Source of the DNA: a virus
Lineage: Duplodnaviria; Caudoviricetes
Reading direction: 5' to 3' (one strand)
Virus record (IMG/VR): IMGVR_UViG_3300034101_004390
Span: 1 to 52,405 of that record
DNA length: 52,405 nucleotides
The translations under genes were made by a program, and so were the position numbers. The notes under the pieces were generated by a model that saw only the letters and a program-made list of their open reading frames with translations, was not told the origin of the DNA and made no database searches. Shown one piece after another: positions 1-8,087 of the stretch. Position 1 is the first letter of the stretch. Each line of letters opens with the position of its first letter.

Positions 1-120
1 GCACAGGGTACTCACCCCTACACCAAGCACGCACCTGACGCGCATGTACGCCCAGAAGCCACCCAGCATCGATTTGCCGTAATTCACAGCGCAAAAGCAG
101 ATCGCGAAAGTCAGACGGAC

Positions 121-402
121 TCACGATAACTCTCCCAAATGCCGTAGGAGATCCTCCGCATCCCGCACCCACTTAGACTGCCCCTCCTCAGGAAGGTCAT
201 ACACCTCCCAGTAGGCACTACGGACAACGGCTAACAGGGAAGGCGCACAGGCAATCAACGTCGCATTCGCCTCACCCAAAGAGCCAGAGCCACAGTTGGC
301 AACGGGGGATTCATCCACATCCACAACGACAGTCACGGGTACGTCAGAGACGCCTTTTCGCTTCACAGGCGATACGTACCAAGGACCTCTACTTCTGTTC
401 AC
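121..402 (-). CDS. Small phage early protein of the 'GPW...EANAxLIAxAPxLL' type
   Basis: GTG start preceded by GGAGG; motifs RGPWY and EANATLIACAPSLL typical of this widespread phage family. Confidence 0.75.
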   Translation of the reverse strand: MNRSRGPWYVSPVKRKGVSDVPVTVVVDVDESPVANCGSGSLGEANATLIACAPSLLAVVRSAYWEVYDLPEEGQSKWVRDAEDLLRHLGELS

Positions 403-427
403 TTCAACCTCCTGCCCCTCTGGGGCG

Positions 428-727
428 TTAATGGATCGTCACTCTCTGCTGCTCAAGCCGGGAGAGGCCCCGCTCGATCGTGCTCGCGAGCCACGCATTG
501 GCGTAGTCGGTCATGGCCTGCCTCGAACCGAATCGGCGCCTACGTTGCGTCTGCGCGGTATGCCCGATGGTCAGCACCCAGAAGCCGCCGCCCTCCTCCC
601 AGACTCCGAGGTAGTACCGGGTGCGGATACGGCCCTGCTCGACCCTCCCTGCCTTCAGCCCTTCGAGCGGCCCGCCCGGGCGCGTCAGCCAGACCTCAAA
701 GGGCAGCGGGGTGTCCGGTGTGATCAC
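428..727 (-). CDS. Hypothetical early protein
   Basis: Start overlaps stop of 724..915 (4-nt overlap); part of tightly packed leftward operon. Confidence 0.65.
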   Translation of the reverse strand: MITPDTPLPFEVWLTRPGGPLEGLKAGRVEQGRIRTRYYLGVWEEGGGFWVLTIGHTAQTQRRRRFGSRQAMTDYANAWLASTIERGLSRLEQQRVTIH

Positions 728-915
728 GGCGTCACCTTCGACATGGTCAGGATGCCCTCGGTCCGCCCGTCGCTTTTTCCCAACAGATAGGCGTAGCGGG
801 TGTAGGACTGAGCCAGCCTCTGGATGTGCTCATCCGTCTGGGTGGGCATACCCTGCCTAAGCAGGGCAGCCAGTTGCTCGGTCAGTTGATCGAGCGCCTT
901 GTTGTTCCAGTTCAT
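724..915 (-). CDS. Hypothetical protein, paralog of 1282..1479
   Basis: GAGGAGG RBS; shares MNxNN...RLAxS...YxYxLGKxDG...MxKV with 1282..1479. Confidence 0.75.
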   Translation of the reverse strand: MNWNNKALDQLTEQLAALLRQGMPTQTDEHIQRLAQSYTRYAYLLGKSDGRTEGILTMSKVTP

Positions 916-1091
916 CGCAATACCTCCTCAAGTCGTCGTTGGGCCTCGGCCAGCGCGTCCTCTGCCGTCTTGAACAGACCCCCTCGCCAAACCGTCTTGT
1001 AGGTCGCATCGACCAATGACGGGCGCCAGCGGGTGGCTCCATTGCCCATGCGTGTCTCGATGACCGCGGGGTTCATAGCAGGGGCGCTCAT
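912..1091 (-). CDS. Hypothetical protein (59 aa, MSAPAMNPAV...EEVLR; absent from ORF track)
   Basis: Translated by hand; ATGA overlaps with both neighbours fill the operon gap exactly. Confidence 0.65.
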   Translation of the reverse strand: MSAPAMNPAVIETRMGNGATRWRPSLVDATYKTVWRGGLFKTAEDALAEAQRRLEEVLR

Positions 1092-1285
1092 CGCGATACT
1101 CCCGGTGCGAACTCGATGGTGAACACCCGGTCGCGCTTGTTGTCGACGATGGCGTACCGACCCGGCTGGGACTCGATGATCTTCCCGAAGTCAGCCATCA
1201 GGAAGTCGAGGTCCGCGTAGACCGCGACCACCTCAAGGATGTTGGACTTCAGTACGACCTCGTACCGGAACCCTGAGCCGCTCAT
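1088..1285 (-). CDS. Hypothetical protein
   Basis: ATGA overlap with 1282..1479; AGGTG RBS. Confidence 0.65.
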   Translation of the reverse strand: MSGSGFRYEVVLKSNILEVVAVYADLDFLMADFGKIIESQPGRYAIVDNKRDRVFTIEFAPGVSR

Positions 1286-1479
1286 TGCACACCTACCTTG
1301 GCCATCATGGTCGCGCCGTCGATCTTGCCCAGCGAATAGGTGTACTCAAGGAAGGACGCAGCCAGTCGCCGGTTGGCCTCCCAGTCAGCCTTCTCGACCG
1401 ACGTGGCTTCGTCTGCGTCATTGAGGATGCGCGTGAGTTCATCCACCACGCGCTCCAGTTCTTCGTTATTCGGGTTCAT
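1282..1479 (-). CDS. Hypothetical protein, paralog of 724..915 (start moved to MNPNNEE)
   Basis: ATGA overlap with 1476..1784; paralogy supports this start. Confidence 0.75.
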   Translation of the reverse strand: MNPNNEELERVVDELTRILNDADEATSVEKADWEANRRLAASFLEYTYSLGKIDGATMMAKVGVQ

Positions 1480-1784
1480 CGCGCACCCACCTTGACCGCG
1501 GCCTTGCGGACGCTGATCTTGACGTTGCCATCGATCCACGACTGGGCGACACCGACTTCGAGCAATTTGGCCTTGGCGGCCTTCGTGTCGAAGGTCTGGA
1601 CCAGCGTCTCATCGCTGACCGTGACGGCGAACATGGAACCCTCGAAGCGACCCTGACCGCGGGTGCGGAAGGCATCAGCGATCGAATCGTACTGAGCCTG
1701 CAGGTCGGCGATCTGGGCAGCCAACTGGCCGAGACGATCGGCATCAGAGGCGGGGAACTGGATGACTTGTGCAACTGCGTTCAT
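1476..1784 (-). CDS. Conserved phage hypothetical protein with N-terminal coiled coil (DRLGQLAAQIADL...EGSMFAVTV)
   Basis: Start moved to MNAVAQ, preceded by CGGAG RBS and a sigma70-like promoter. Confidence 0.8.
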   Translation of the reverse strand: MNAVAQVIQFPASDADRLGQLAAQIADLQAQYDSIADAFRTRGQGRFEGSMFAVTVSDETLVQTFDTKAAKAKLLEVGVAQSWIDGNVKISVRKAAVKVGAR

Positions 1785-1822
1785 AACGATCTCCGATATC
1801 AGATAAGTGAAACTACAAGCGC

Positions 1823-1850
1823 AGTTTAAGGCAGAAACCACCGGTGTCAA
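1823..1850 (-). promoter_or_regulatory. Sigma70-like promoter TTGACA-N16-TAAACT with type-A operator-like site in the spacer
   Basis: Read directly; spacer contains CGGTGG-TTT-CTGCCT. Confidence 0.75.
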
Positions 1851-1910
1851 CAACTTTCGCACCGAAAGATAGTAGGCTCCAACGCCATGCATCTTGTGTC
1901 ACGAAAGTGC

Positions 1911-1938
1911 TTGACGGATATGTTTACTCAGGTAAACT
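1911..1938 (+). promoter_or_regulatory. Sigma70-like promoter TTGACG-N16-TAAACT overlapped by palindrome GTTTAC-N4-GTAAAC (1922-1937)
   Basis: Read directly; divergent from the 1823-1850 promoter. Confidence 0.75.
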
Positions 1939-1971
1939 CGCGCTATACCTGATCTGTTATCGGAGATTCAC

Positions 1972-2202
1972 ATGACTGCTCAATACCTCGACATCATTGC
2001 TAAGGTCCGCGCCGGCACGCACCGCATCCGTTCGTACAAGGGCGCCCGCGGCCGCACTCGCTTCGATTTCGAGTACCTCAGCCAGCGCCGCAACGAGTGG
2101 ATGCCTGCGACGGCCGAGCACAAGGCCCTGCTGCGCGCCTCGAAGGAATTGCCGTACCGCTATGACATGACCCTCGGCGTCGTCTACGAGGTGGCAGCAT
2201 GA
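1972..2202 (+). CDS. Hypothetical early protein
   Basis: CGGAG RBS with shared ATCTG leader; own promoter. Confidence 0.8.
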   Translation: MTAQYLDIIAKVRAGTHRIRSYKGARGRTRFDFEYLSQRRNEWMPATAEHKALLRASKELPYRYDMTLGVVYEVAA

Positions 2203-2447
2203 TCACGATGTCCGTCAGCCAGCGCATCTACCGCTCGTGCCAACTCGACGAACTCGCCGGCCACTACGGCTTGACTCGCGTCCCGTCGAACCGCAAGGGC
2301 ATCTGGTTCGCTGGCCCTGAGAGCGCATGGCGACGCCTTGCCGACGACGTAGAGTTCCGCGGGCAGGGTGGCTGGGACGAGTCAGCCCTGCGCCCGTCAG
2401 AGGGCCTGCATGGTCGCATCACCAAGGCCGCGGCTAAGGCGGCATAA
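2199..2447 (+). CDS. Hypothetical protein
   Basis: ATGA overlap, GAGGTGG RBS. Confidence 0.7.
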   Translation: MITMSVSQRIYRSCQLDELAGHYGLTRVPSNRKGIWFAGPESAWRRLADDVEFRGQGGWDESALRPSEGLHGRITKAAAKAA

Positions 2448-2542
2448 TAGATACCGCGGGCACCACCTCACCGCCCGCACCCGATGCGCCCGGTCACCCA
2501 CTTACCTCACGCCGGCTGGGGAGGCGCAAGCCGGCACTCTCG

Positions 2543-2740
2543 ATGACGACTCGCACCTGCCGATCCTGTAAGCAACCCTTCGCGACCGCGGAGTCCATCC
2601 GCACCCATAAGCGCGACATGCTCTGCCGCCCCGTCGACGTCCTGCTCGCGATCGGATGGCGCAAGACACCTAAGGGCTGGATACCGCCCACTACGCCCAG
2701 CGCACCCTACGCCAGCCGTAAGGCCCAGCGCCGCTCCTAG
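2543..2740 (+). CDS. Small putative zinc-binding protein (CxxC...F...H...C)
   Basis: CRSCKQPF...THKRDMLC pattern resembles small phage Zn-finger proteins; weak RBS. Confidence 0.55.
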   Translation: MTTRTCRSCKQPFATAESIRTHKRDMLCRPVDVLLAIGWRKTPKGWIPPTTPSAPYASRKAQRRS

Positions 2741-2764
2741 ACCGTCTCCGCGCGTCTCGCGCCC

Positions 2765-2829
2765 TGTGCACAACTCTGTGGATGGCCTGTGAATAACGTG
2801 TGGGCATCCTGTGGATAACCTGTGGATAA
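2765..2829 (+). repeat. Array of six co-oriented DnaA-box-like 9-mers spaced 11-12 bp
   Basis: TGTGCACAA 2765, TGTGGATGG 2777, TGTGAATAA 2788, TGTGGGCAT 2799, TGTGGATAA 2810, TGTGGATAA 2821; TGTGGATAA is the reverse complement of consensus TTATCCACA. Confidence 0.8.
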
Positions 2830-2848
2830 CCCCCGGCGGGCTGGGGGA

Positions 2849-2955
2849 GGGGTACCCCCCTCTGTATTAGGGCGAGGGACCCATGGGGTGTGTTAATGCC
2901 CCGCTCCGGCATATATCCAGAATTTCTTTAAAAAAAGACCCCCCCGGGGGTACCC
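2849..2955. other. G/C-run palindromes flanking an AT-rich tract; candidate packaging-initiation/terminus or origin region
   Basis: GGGGTACCCC 2849-2858, AT-rich 2910-2937, CCCCCGGGGG 2941-2950, GGGTACCC 2948-2955; non-coding, just upstream of the terminase operon. Confidence 0.45.
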
Positions 2956-3001
2956 TATCCCCCTACGGCATGTTATTTACTTAGGTAACTGCGGAGGGTG
3001 T

Positions 3002-3181
3002 ATGGCAAAATCGAAAGTGAACGCGGCTGGTAATTACACCAAGCCTGAGATGCGTAAGTCCTTGTTCCAACAGATCAAGGGGCAAGCGACGCAGGGTACG
3101 AAGGCCGGTCAGTGGAGTGCGCGCAAGGCGCAGTTGCTGGCCAAGAAGTACAAGGAAAAGGGTGGAGGCTATAGAGACTGA
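3002..3181 (+). CDS. Small basic protein, N-terminal half of DUF5872-like family (YTKP...GQWSARKAQ...GGGY); absent from ORF track
   Basis: Hand translation MAKSKVNAAGNYTKPEMRK...GQWSARKAQLLAKKYKEKGGGYRD; GGAGG RBS; TGATG coupling to next gene. Confidence 0.85.
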   Translation: MAKSKVNAAGNYTKPEMRKSLFQQIKGQATQGTKAGQWSARKAQLLAKKYKEKGGGYRD

Positions 3182-3414
3182 TGCGTAAGCCACAAAAGTC
3201 GTTGAGGGATTGGACCGAGCAGGAGTGGACCACCAAGAGTGGGAAGCGATCCTCGGATACCGGTGAGCGTTATTTACCGAAGGCGGCCATTCGCGCGCTG
3301 TCTCCTCAGGAGTATGCGTCGACGACGCGTGCCAAGCGTGAGGGTAAGGCGAAGGGTCAGCAATTTGTTGCGCAGCCTAAGCGCATTGCGCGCAAGACAT
3401 CTGGGTATCGGTGA
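3181..3414 (+). CDS. Small basic protein, DUF5872-like (QKSLxDWTxQxWxT...ERYLP)
   Basis: Motif recognition; TGATG coupling on both sides. Confidence 0.85.
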   Translation: MRKPQKSLRDWTEQEWTTKSGKRSSDTGERYLPKAAIRALSPQEYASTTRAKREGKAKGQQFVAQPKRIARKTSGYR

Positions 3415-3911
3415 TGCCTAAGAAGAAGAACACCGCGGGCCGCAAGCCTTTTGTCCCGACCATGGCCAACCGCCTGTTGGTGCGCAAGTTAGCGCGTGCG
3501 GGTTGGAGTCAGGATGAGATTGCCGAGGGCATGGGCGTATCGGATGAGACCTTGCGCAAGTATTTCCGGTACGAACTCGACATGGGGAATATCGAGATGT
3601 GCTCCACGATCGAGGAGACGCTGTACCAGATTGCGACCGACAAGGATCACAAGGCTGTGGTGGCTGCGGCGACTGTGCTGCTGAAGGCCAAGGGCGGTGA
3701 TGAGTACCGCGAGACCAAGCGCACCGAGATCACGGGTGCCGATGGCGGGCCGTTGGAGCAGCGAATACAGAATGTGGATGTCATTGACGCAAGCAAACTC
3801 AGTTTTGAGGAGCGAGATGCGCTGACAAAGATCTTGGAATCCGCGACAGAGATATCTGAAGAGCAACGCGAAGCATTCGAGGCGGAAGAAGAGGGTGACG
3901 AAGAAGAATGA
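3414..3911 (+). CDS. terS: Terminase small subunit
   Basis: N-terminal HTH (SQDEIAEGMGVSDETLRKY), EITGADGGPL motif, directly upstream of TerL. Confidence 0.85.
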   Translation: MPKKKNTAGRKPFVPTMANRLLVRKLARAGWSQDEIAEGMGVSDETLRKYFRYELDMGNIEMCSTIEETLYQIATDKDHKAVVAAATVLLKAKGGDEYRETKRTEITGADGGPLEQRIQNVDVIDASKLSFEERDALTKILESATEISEEQREAFEAEEEGDEEE

Positions 3912-5529
3912 TCTGGTGCGCATTGGTCCGAAGGTCATCAGCAAAAAGAAGCAGTTGCTGGAGATTGACCGGGCTAATTGCGAAGACAGCCTGTATTTGT
4001 TCCTTCGAGGGGCGTGGAGATATCTAGACTCCTCGCCGTGGAAGGATGGCTGGCCTGTTGAGGCTGTGGCCGAACACCTGCAGGCGGTGGTCGATGGTGA
4101 GATCAAGCGTCTTATCATCAACATCCCGCCTCGTATGGGTAAGTCGTCTATTACCTCGGTTGCCTTACCGGCGTGGACATGGGCACAGCGAGATAGCGGG
4201 CCTACCTGCGGACCCGGTGTGCAGTTCCTGCATGCTTCCTACGCTAACCAGTTGTCGTTGCGCGACTCCGTTAAGTGCCGCCGGTTGATCGAATCGTCTT
4301 GGTATCAAGAGAGATGGGGCGAGCGCTTCTCGCTCAACTCCGACCAGAACACAAAGAGCCGCTTCTCGAACGACAAGGGCGGTGAACGCCTGATTACCTC
4401 CATCGGTGCCGCGGTAACCGGTGAAGGTGGATCGATCATCGTCGTCGACGACCCTAATGCCGCGAACGAAGCCTTCTCCGAGGCAACCATCCAGACCACG
4501 ATCGACTGGTGGGATGGGACGATGTCGACGCGTTTGAACGACCCGAAGACCGGTGCCTACATCGTTATTCAGCAGAGATTGGCGGAAAACGACCTGACCG
4601 GGCATATCCTCTCCAAAGACGTCGGTGAGTGGACTCACCTCTGCCTGCCGATGCGCTACGAGCCTGAGCGCGCCTTTGTCACCTCGATTGGCTGGAAAGA
4701 TCCGCGCACCGAACCCGGTGATTTGCTCTGGCCTGATCGGTTTGGCGACACCGAGACCGAGTTACTAGAGAAGCAACTCGGCCCCTACGCGACTGCCGGA
4801 CAGTTACAACAGCGCCCAGAACCCGCAGGCGGTGGTGTCATCAAGCGCGACTGGTGGCAGTTGTGGCCCGAACAAGTTTTCCCGCCGATGGATTACATCG
4901 TGGCATCGCTCGATACCGCCTATACGACCAAAACGATGAACGACATGTCCGCGATCACGATCTGGGGCATCTTCACCGAAGACACCGTCGCCCGAGCCAG
5001 CCGCGTCATGGACTCCGATGGCCGCCCGATGTACATCGATCGCTCCTACTCGGAGAGCGCACCGAAGGTCATGCTCATGCATGCATGGCAAGCGCGCCTC
5101 GAACTGCATGAATTAGTCGAGAAAGTCGCTAATACCTGCCGATCATTAAAGGTCGACAAACTATTAATCGAAAATAAAGCGGCAGGAATCTCCGTCGCAC
5201 AAGAAATTCGGCGCTTGTATAGCAACGAGAATTTCACCGTGCAATTACAAGATCCGAAATCACAAGACAAATTGTCGCGCCTGTACTCCGTACAGCACCT
5301 TTTTGCCGAAGGGATCATCTACGCGCCGGACCGTACGTGGGCCGACATGGTCATCACGCAGGTCGGTCAGTTCCCCAAGGGCAAACACGACGACCTCGTC
5401 GACACCGTTTCGCAGGCGTTGCGTCACATGCGCGAGTTGGGCCTATTAGTGCGCGCACCGGAGCGAATTGCCGAGATCGAATCGATGAAAGGCTATACCA
5501 ACAAGCAACCACCCCTGTATCCATCCTGA
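3895..5529 (+). CDS. terL: Terminase large subunit
   Basis: Walker A IPPRMGKS, Walker B IIVVDDP, RNase H-like nuclease motifs SLDTA and HDDLVD. Confidence 0.97.
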   Translation: MTKKNDLVRIGPKVISKKKQLLEIDRANCEDSLYLFLRGAWRYLDSSPWKDGWPVEAVAEHLQAVVDGEIKRLIINIPPRMGKSSITSVALPAWTWAQRDSGPTCGPGVQFLHASYANQLSLRDSVKCRRLIESSWYQERWGERFSLNSDQNTKSRFSNDKGGERLITSIGAAVTGEGGSIIVVDDPNAANEAFSEATIQTTIDWWDGTMSTRLNDPKTGAYIVIQQRLAENDLTGHILSKDVGEWTHLCLPMRYEPERAFVTSIGWKDPRTEPGDLLWPDRFGDTETELLEKQLGPYATAGQLQQRPEPAGGGVIKRDWWQLWPEQVFPPMDYIVASLDTAYTTKTMNDMSAITIWGIFTEDTVARASRVMDSDGRPMYIDRSYSESAPKVMLMHAWQARLELHELVEKVANTCRSLKVDKLLIENKAAGISVAQEIRRLYSNENFTVQLQDPKSQDKLSRLYSVQHLFAEGIIYAPDRTWADMVITQVGQFPKGKHDDLVDTVSQALRHMRELGLLVRAPERIAEIESMKGYTNKQPPLYPS

Positions 5530-5536
5530 GGAACTT

Positions 5537-5743
5537 ATGTCTTCTGTACGAGCAAGCGCCATCGTAGACAAAATCGACAACGGTCCCGTGCCAACGTGGG
5601 AGGTAACTACGTGGGGGGAACCACCGCACGATCACCGCCGAACGTATACTTTGCAGGCCAAAACTGATACTTTGGCTGCACAAGAGGGAATCCGTCTTTT
5701 CGTGGAAGAGATGGAAAACTTGGATTCTTTAGACAAGGGTTAA
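5537..5743 (+). CDS. Hypothetical protein between terL and portal
   Basis: GAGG RBS, fills gap in operon. Confidence 0.7.
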   Translation: MSSVRASAIVDKIDNGPVPTWEVTTWGEPPHDHRRTYTLQAKTDTLAAQEGIRLFVEEMENLDSLDKG

Positions 5744-5747
5744 ACCT

Positions 5748-8087
5748 ATGGCGCTCACGCCCGGCCTCGTTCCAAACATCCGACAGGTTCCTGAATCGCC
5801 TGTGGGTGAGGTTGACCCTGCTGATGTCATTGTTGAAATGGCAGAAGAAGGCGGTGACATGCCGGACATCGACGATGCCGGCAACATTGTCCGCATCGAA
5901 CACGGCGATGGGAGTGTCACTGTTTCCTTGGACGGCCGTCCTATCGAAGAAGCGGAGCGCGGCACTCGCGGTGGTTGGTTCGATAACCTTGTCGATGAGA
6001 TCGACGAATTTGAAGTAAACCGCATTTCGAGCGATTTGCTCCGCGGTATTGAAGACGATCTGCAGTCACGAAAAGACTGGGTTGAAGATCGCGCCATGGG
6101 TATCAAACTCATGGGCCTCAAGGTTGAGATTCCGGGGCTGCAAGGCGCCTCGGATGGCGCGCCCGTCGAAGGTATGAGCAAGGTCCGGCATCCATTGTTG
6201 CTAGAAGCCGTGCTCCGATTCCAAGCCAACGCTCGCAGCGAGTTGCTGCCGACCGATGGCCCCGTGAAGGTCCGAAACGACACCCTAACGGGTGGTTTGG
6301 AGACCGATCAGCAGGCTGATGCCCTCGAAAAAGACCTCAACCACTACCTCACGGCAGTGGCAACCGAATACTACCCCGATTCCGATCGCATGCTTTTGAT
6401 GCTTGGATTCGGCGGAACATCGTTCAAAAAGGTCTACAACTGCCCGTTGCGTAATCGTCCGGTGTCCGAAACGGTCGATGCTGATGATCTGATCGTCAAC
6501 AACGCCGCGACCGACCTTGCGAACGCCAAGCGCGTCACGCAGCGCGTCTTCATGCGTCCTTCGACGGTCAAACGCCTGCAGATCTTGGGTGTCTACAAAG
6601 ACATCAGCCTGCAGACGCCGAACGCACCGAAGTTGGATTCGCTGCAGCGCGAAGAAAAGGCCCAGCAAGGCCTGATGCCAGAGACGCAGAACCCGGAAGA
6701 TCGCGATCGCGAGATCTACGAGTGTTACTGCGAACTCGACATTCTCGGTTTCGAGCACAAGCACAACGGCAAAATCACCGGTCTTGAGATCCCGTACGTG
6801 GTGACGATTGACCTGTCATCGCGTCAGGTGCTCTCCATCGTCCGTAACTACGACGAAAAGACCAAGAAACTGCCTGTCGCGCGCAAACGATTCGTCAAGT
6901 ACACGTTCGTGCCGGGTCTGGGCTTCTACGACATCGGTCTCTTGCACATTCTCGGCAACACAACGAACGCGATCACCGCTGCGTGGCGCGAGTTGCTCGA
7001 CGCCGGCATGTACTCAAACTTCCCGGGCTTCCTGATGGCCGATACCGGTGCCCGGCAGAACACAAATATCTTCCGCGTGCCTCCGGGCGGCGGAGCGTTG
7101 GTGAAGACGGGGGGTCTTCCGATCAATCAGGCCATCATGCCGCTGCCTTATCAGCCGCCCTCACAGGCCCTGATGATGCTCGTCGACAACATGGCCAACA
7201 CCGGTCAGCGTATCGGTGGCACGTCCGAGTCGATGGTGGGCGAAGGCAAGCAAGAACTGCCTGTCGGCACCGCCCTCGCGATGATTGAACAGGCTGCCAA
7301 GGTGATGAACGCCGTGCATAAACGCTTGCATGCGGCTCAGGCAGAAGAATTTAAACTGTTGGTCGAGTGTTTCCGCGAGAACCCGGAATCGTTTATCGAT
7401 CAAAAGTGCCCGTCGCGTCAGCCGTGGAACGAGCAAATGTTCCTGCAGGCCTTGCAAAACTGTGAACTCGTCCCGCAAGCCGACCCGAACACCGCCTCGC
7501 ACGCTCAGCGCCTCGTCAAAATTATGGCGCTTAAGGAGTTGCAGGCTGCAAACCCGTCGATGTACGACCCGATCGCGATCGACACCGCTGCGTTGAAGGC
7601 TATTGGCTGGAGCAACCCGCAGCAGTTCCTCGCACCGCCGTCCGCTCAGGGCAAGCCGCCGCCGGAACTGCAGAAGGTCATCGCCGAGATGCAGATCAAG
7701 AAGCAGGACGCCGATGCGCGCATGATCGACGCCAAGTCTCGCGAGGCGAAGACCATGGCCGAGATCCAGCACATGGGCCTCGAAGCGCAACATATGGCCG
7801 CTGGCGGTCTCGCCGCGGGTGGCGATGGCAGCAAGCAGGTCGACACGCCAGTCGATCAGATGCTCGCACAGGCCGATATCATGGATGCGCAGACCCGACA
7901 GGCAGATGTGCAGTTGAAGGCGCAGTACCATGCCGCCGAAGACCGCAATCGCGACCTCGACCGTCAGAGCCGCGAGCGCATCCAACTGCTGAATTTGGCC
8001 AAGGACGTCATGTTGCACCCGGGAGCCGGCCCCGAAGCCGCTCGCGATGTTGCACAGGTCCAGCGTGAAATTGCGCCGAAGCAATGA
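5748..8087 (+). CDS. Portal protein (P22-like, with long C-terminal helical barrel)
   Basis: Position after terL; 779 aa; motifs HPLLLEAVLRFQA, GxSFKKVY, GFYDIGLLH; Gln/Ala-rich helical C-terminus. Confidence 0.9.
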   Translation: MALTPGLVPNIRQVPESPVGEVDPADVIVEMAEEGGDMPDIDDAGNIVRIEHGDGSVTVSLDGRPIEEAERGTRGGWFDNLVDEIDEFEVNRISSDLLRGIEDDLQSRKDWVEDRAMGIKLMGLKVEIPGLQGASDGAPVEGMSKVRHPLLLEAVLRFQANARSELLPTDGPVKVRNDTLTGGLETDQQADALEKDLNHYLTAVATEYYPDSDRMLLMLGFGGTSFKKVYNCPLRNRPVSETVDADDLIVNNAATDLANAKRVTQRVFMRPSTVKRLQILGVYKDISLQTPNAPKLDSLQREEKAQQGLMPETQNPEDRDREIYECYCELDILGFEHKHNGKITGLEIPYVVTIDLSSRQVLSIVRNYDEKTKKLPVARKRFVKYTFVPGLGFYDIGLLHILGNTTNAITAAWRELLDAGMYSNFPGFLMADTGARQNTNIFRVPPGGGALVKTGGLPINQAIMPLPYQPPSQALMMLVDNMANTGQRIGGTSESMVGEGKQELPVGTALAMIEQAAKVMNAVHKRLHAAQAEEFKLLVECFRENPESFIDQKCPSRQPWNEQMFLQALQNCELVPQADPNTASHAQRLVKIMALKELQAANPSMYDPIAIDTAALKAIGWSNPQQFLAPPSAQGKPPPELQKVIAEMQIKKQDADARMIDAKSREAKTMAEIQHMGLEAQHMAAGGLAAGGDGSKQVDTPVDQMLAQADIMDAQTRQADVQLKAQYHAAEDRNRDLDRQSRERIQLLNLAKDVMLHPGAGPEAARDVAQVQREIAPKQ

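Noticed and set aside
2981-3193. Minus-strand 70-aa ORF from the track
   Set aside because: Shadow of the + strand 3002..3181 gene, which has an RBS, a recognisable motif and translational coupling
3895-8087. Intein or intron in terminase or portal
   Set aside because: Lengths are ordinary, motifs are contiguous, and no splicing or homing-endonuclease motifs were seen
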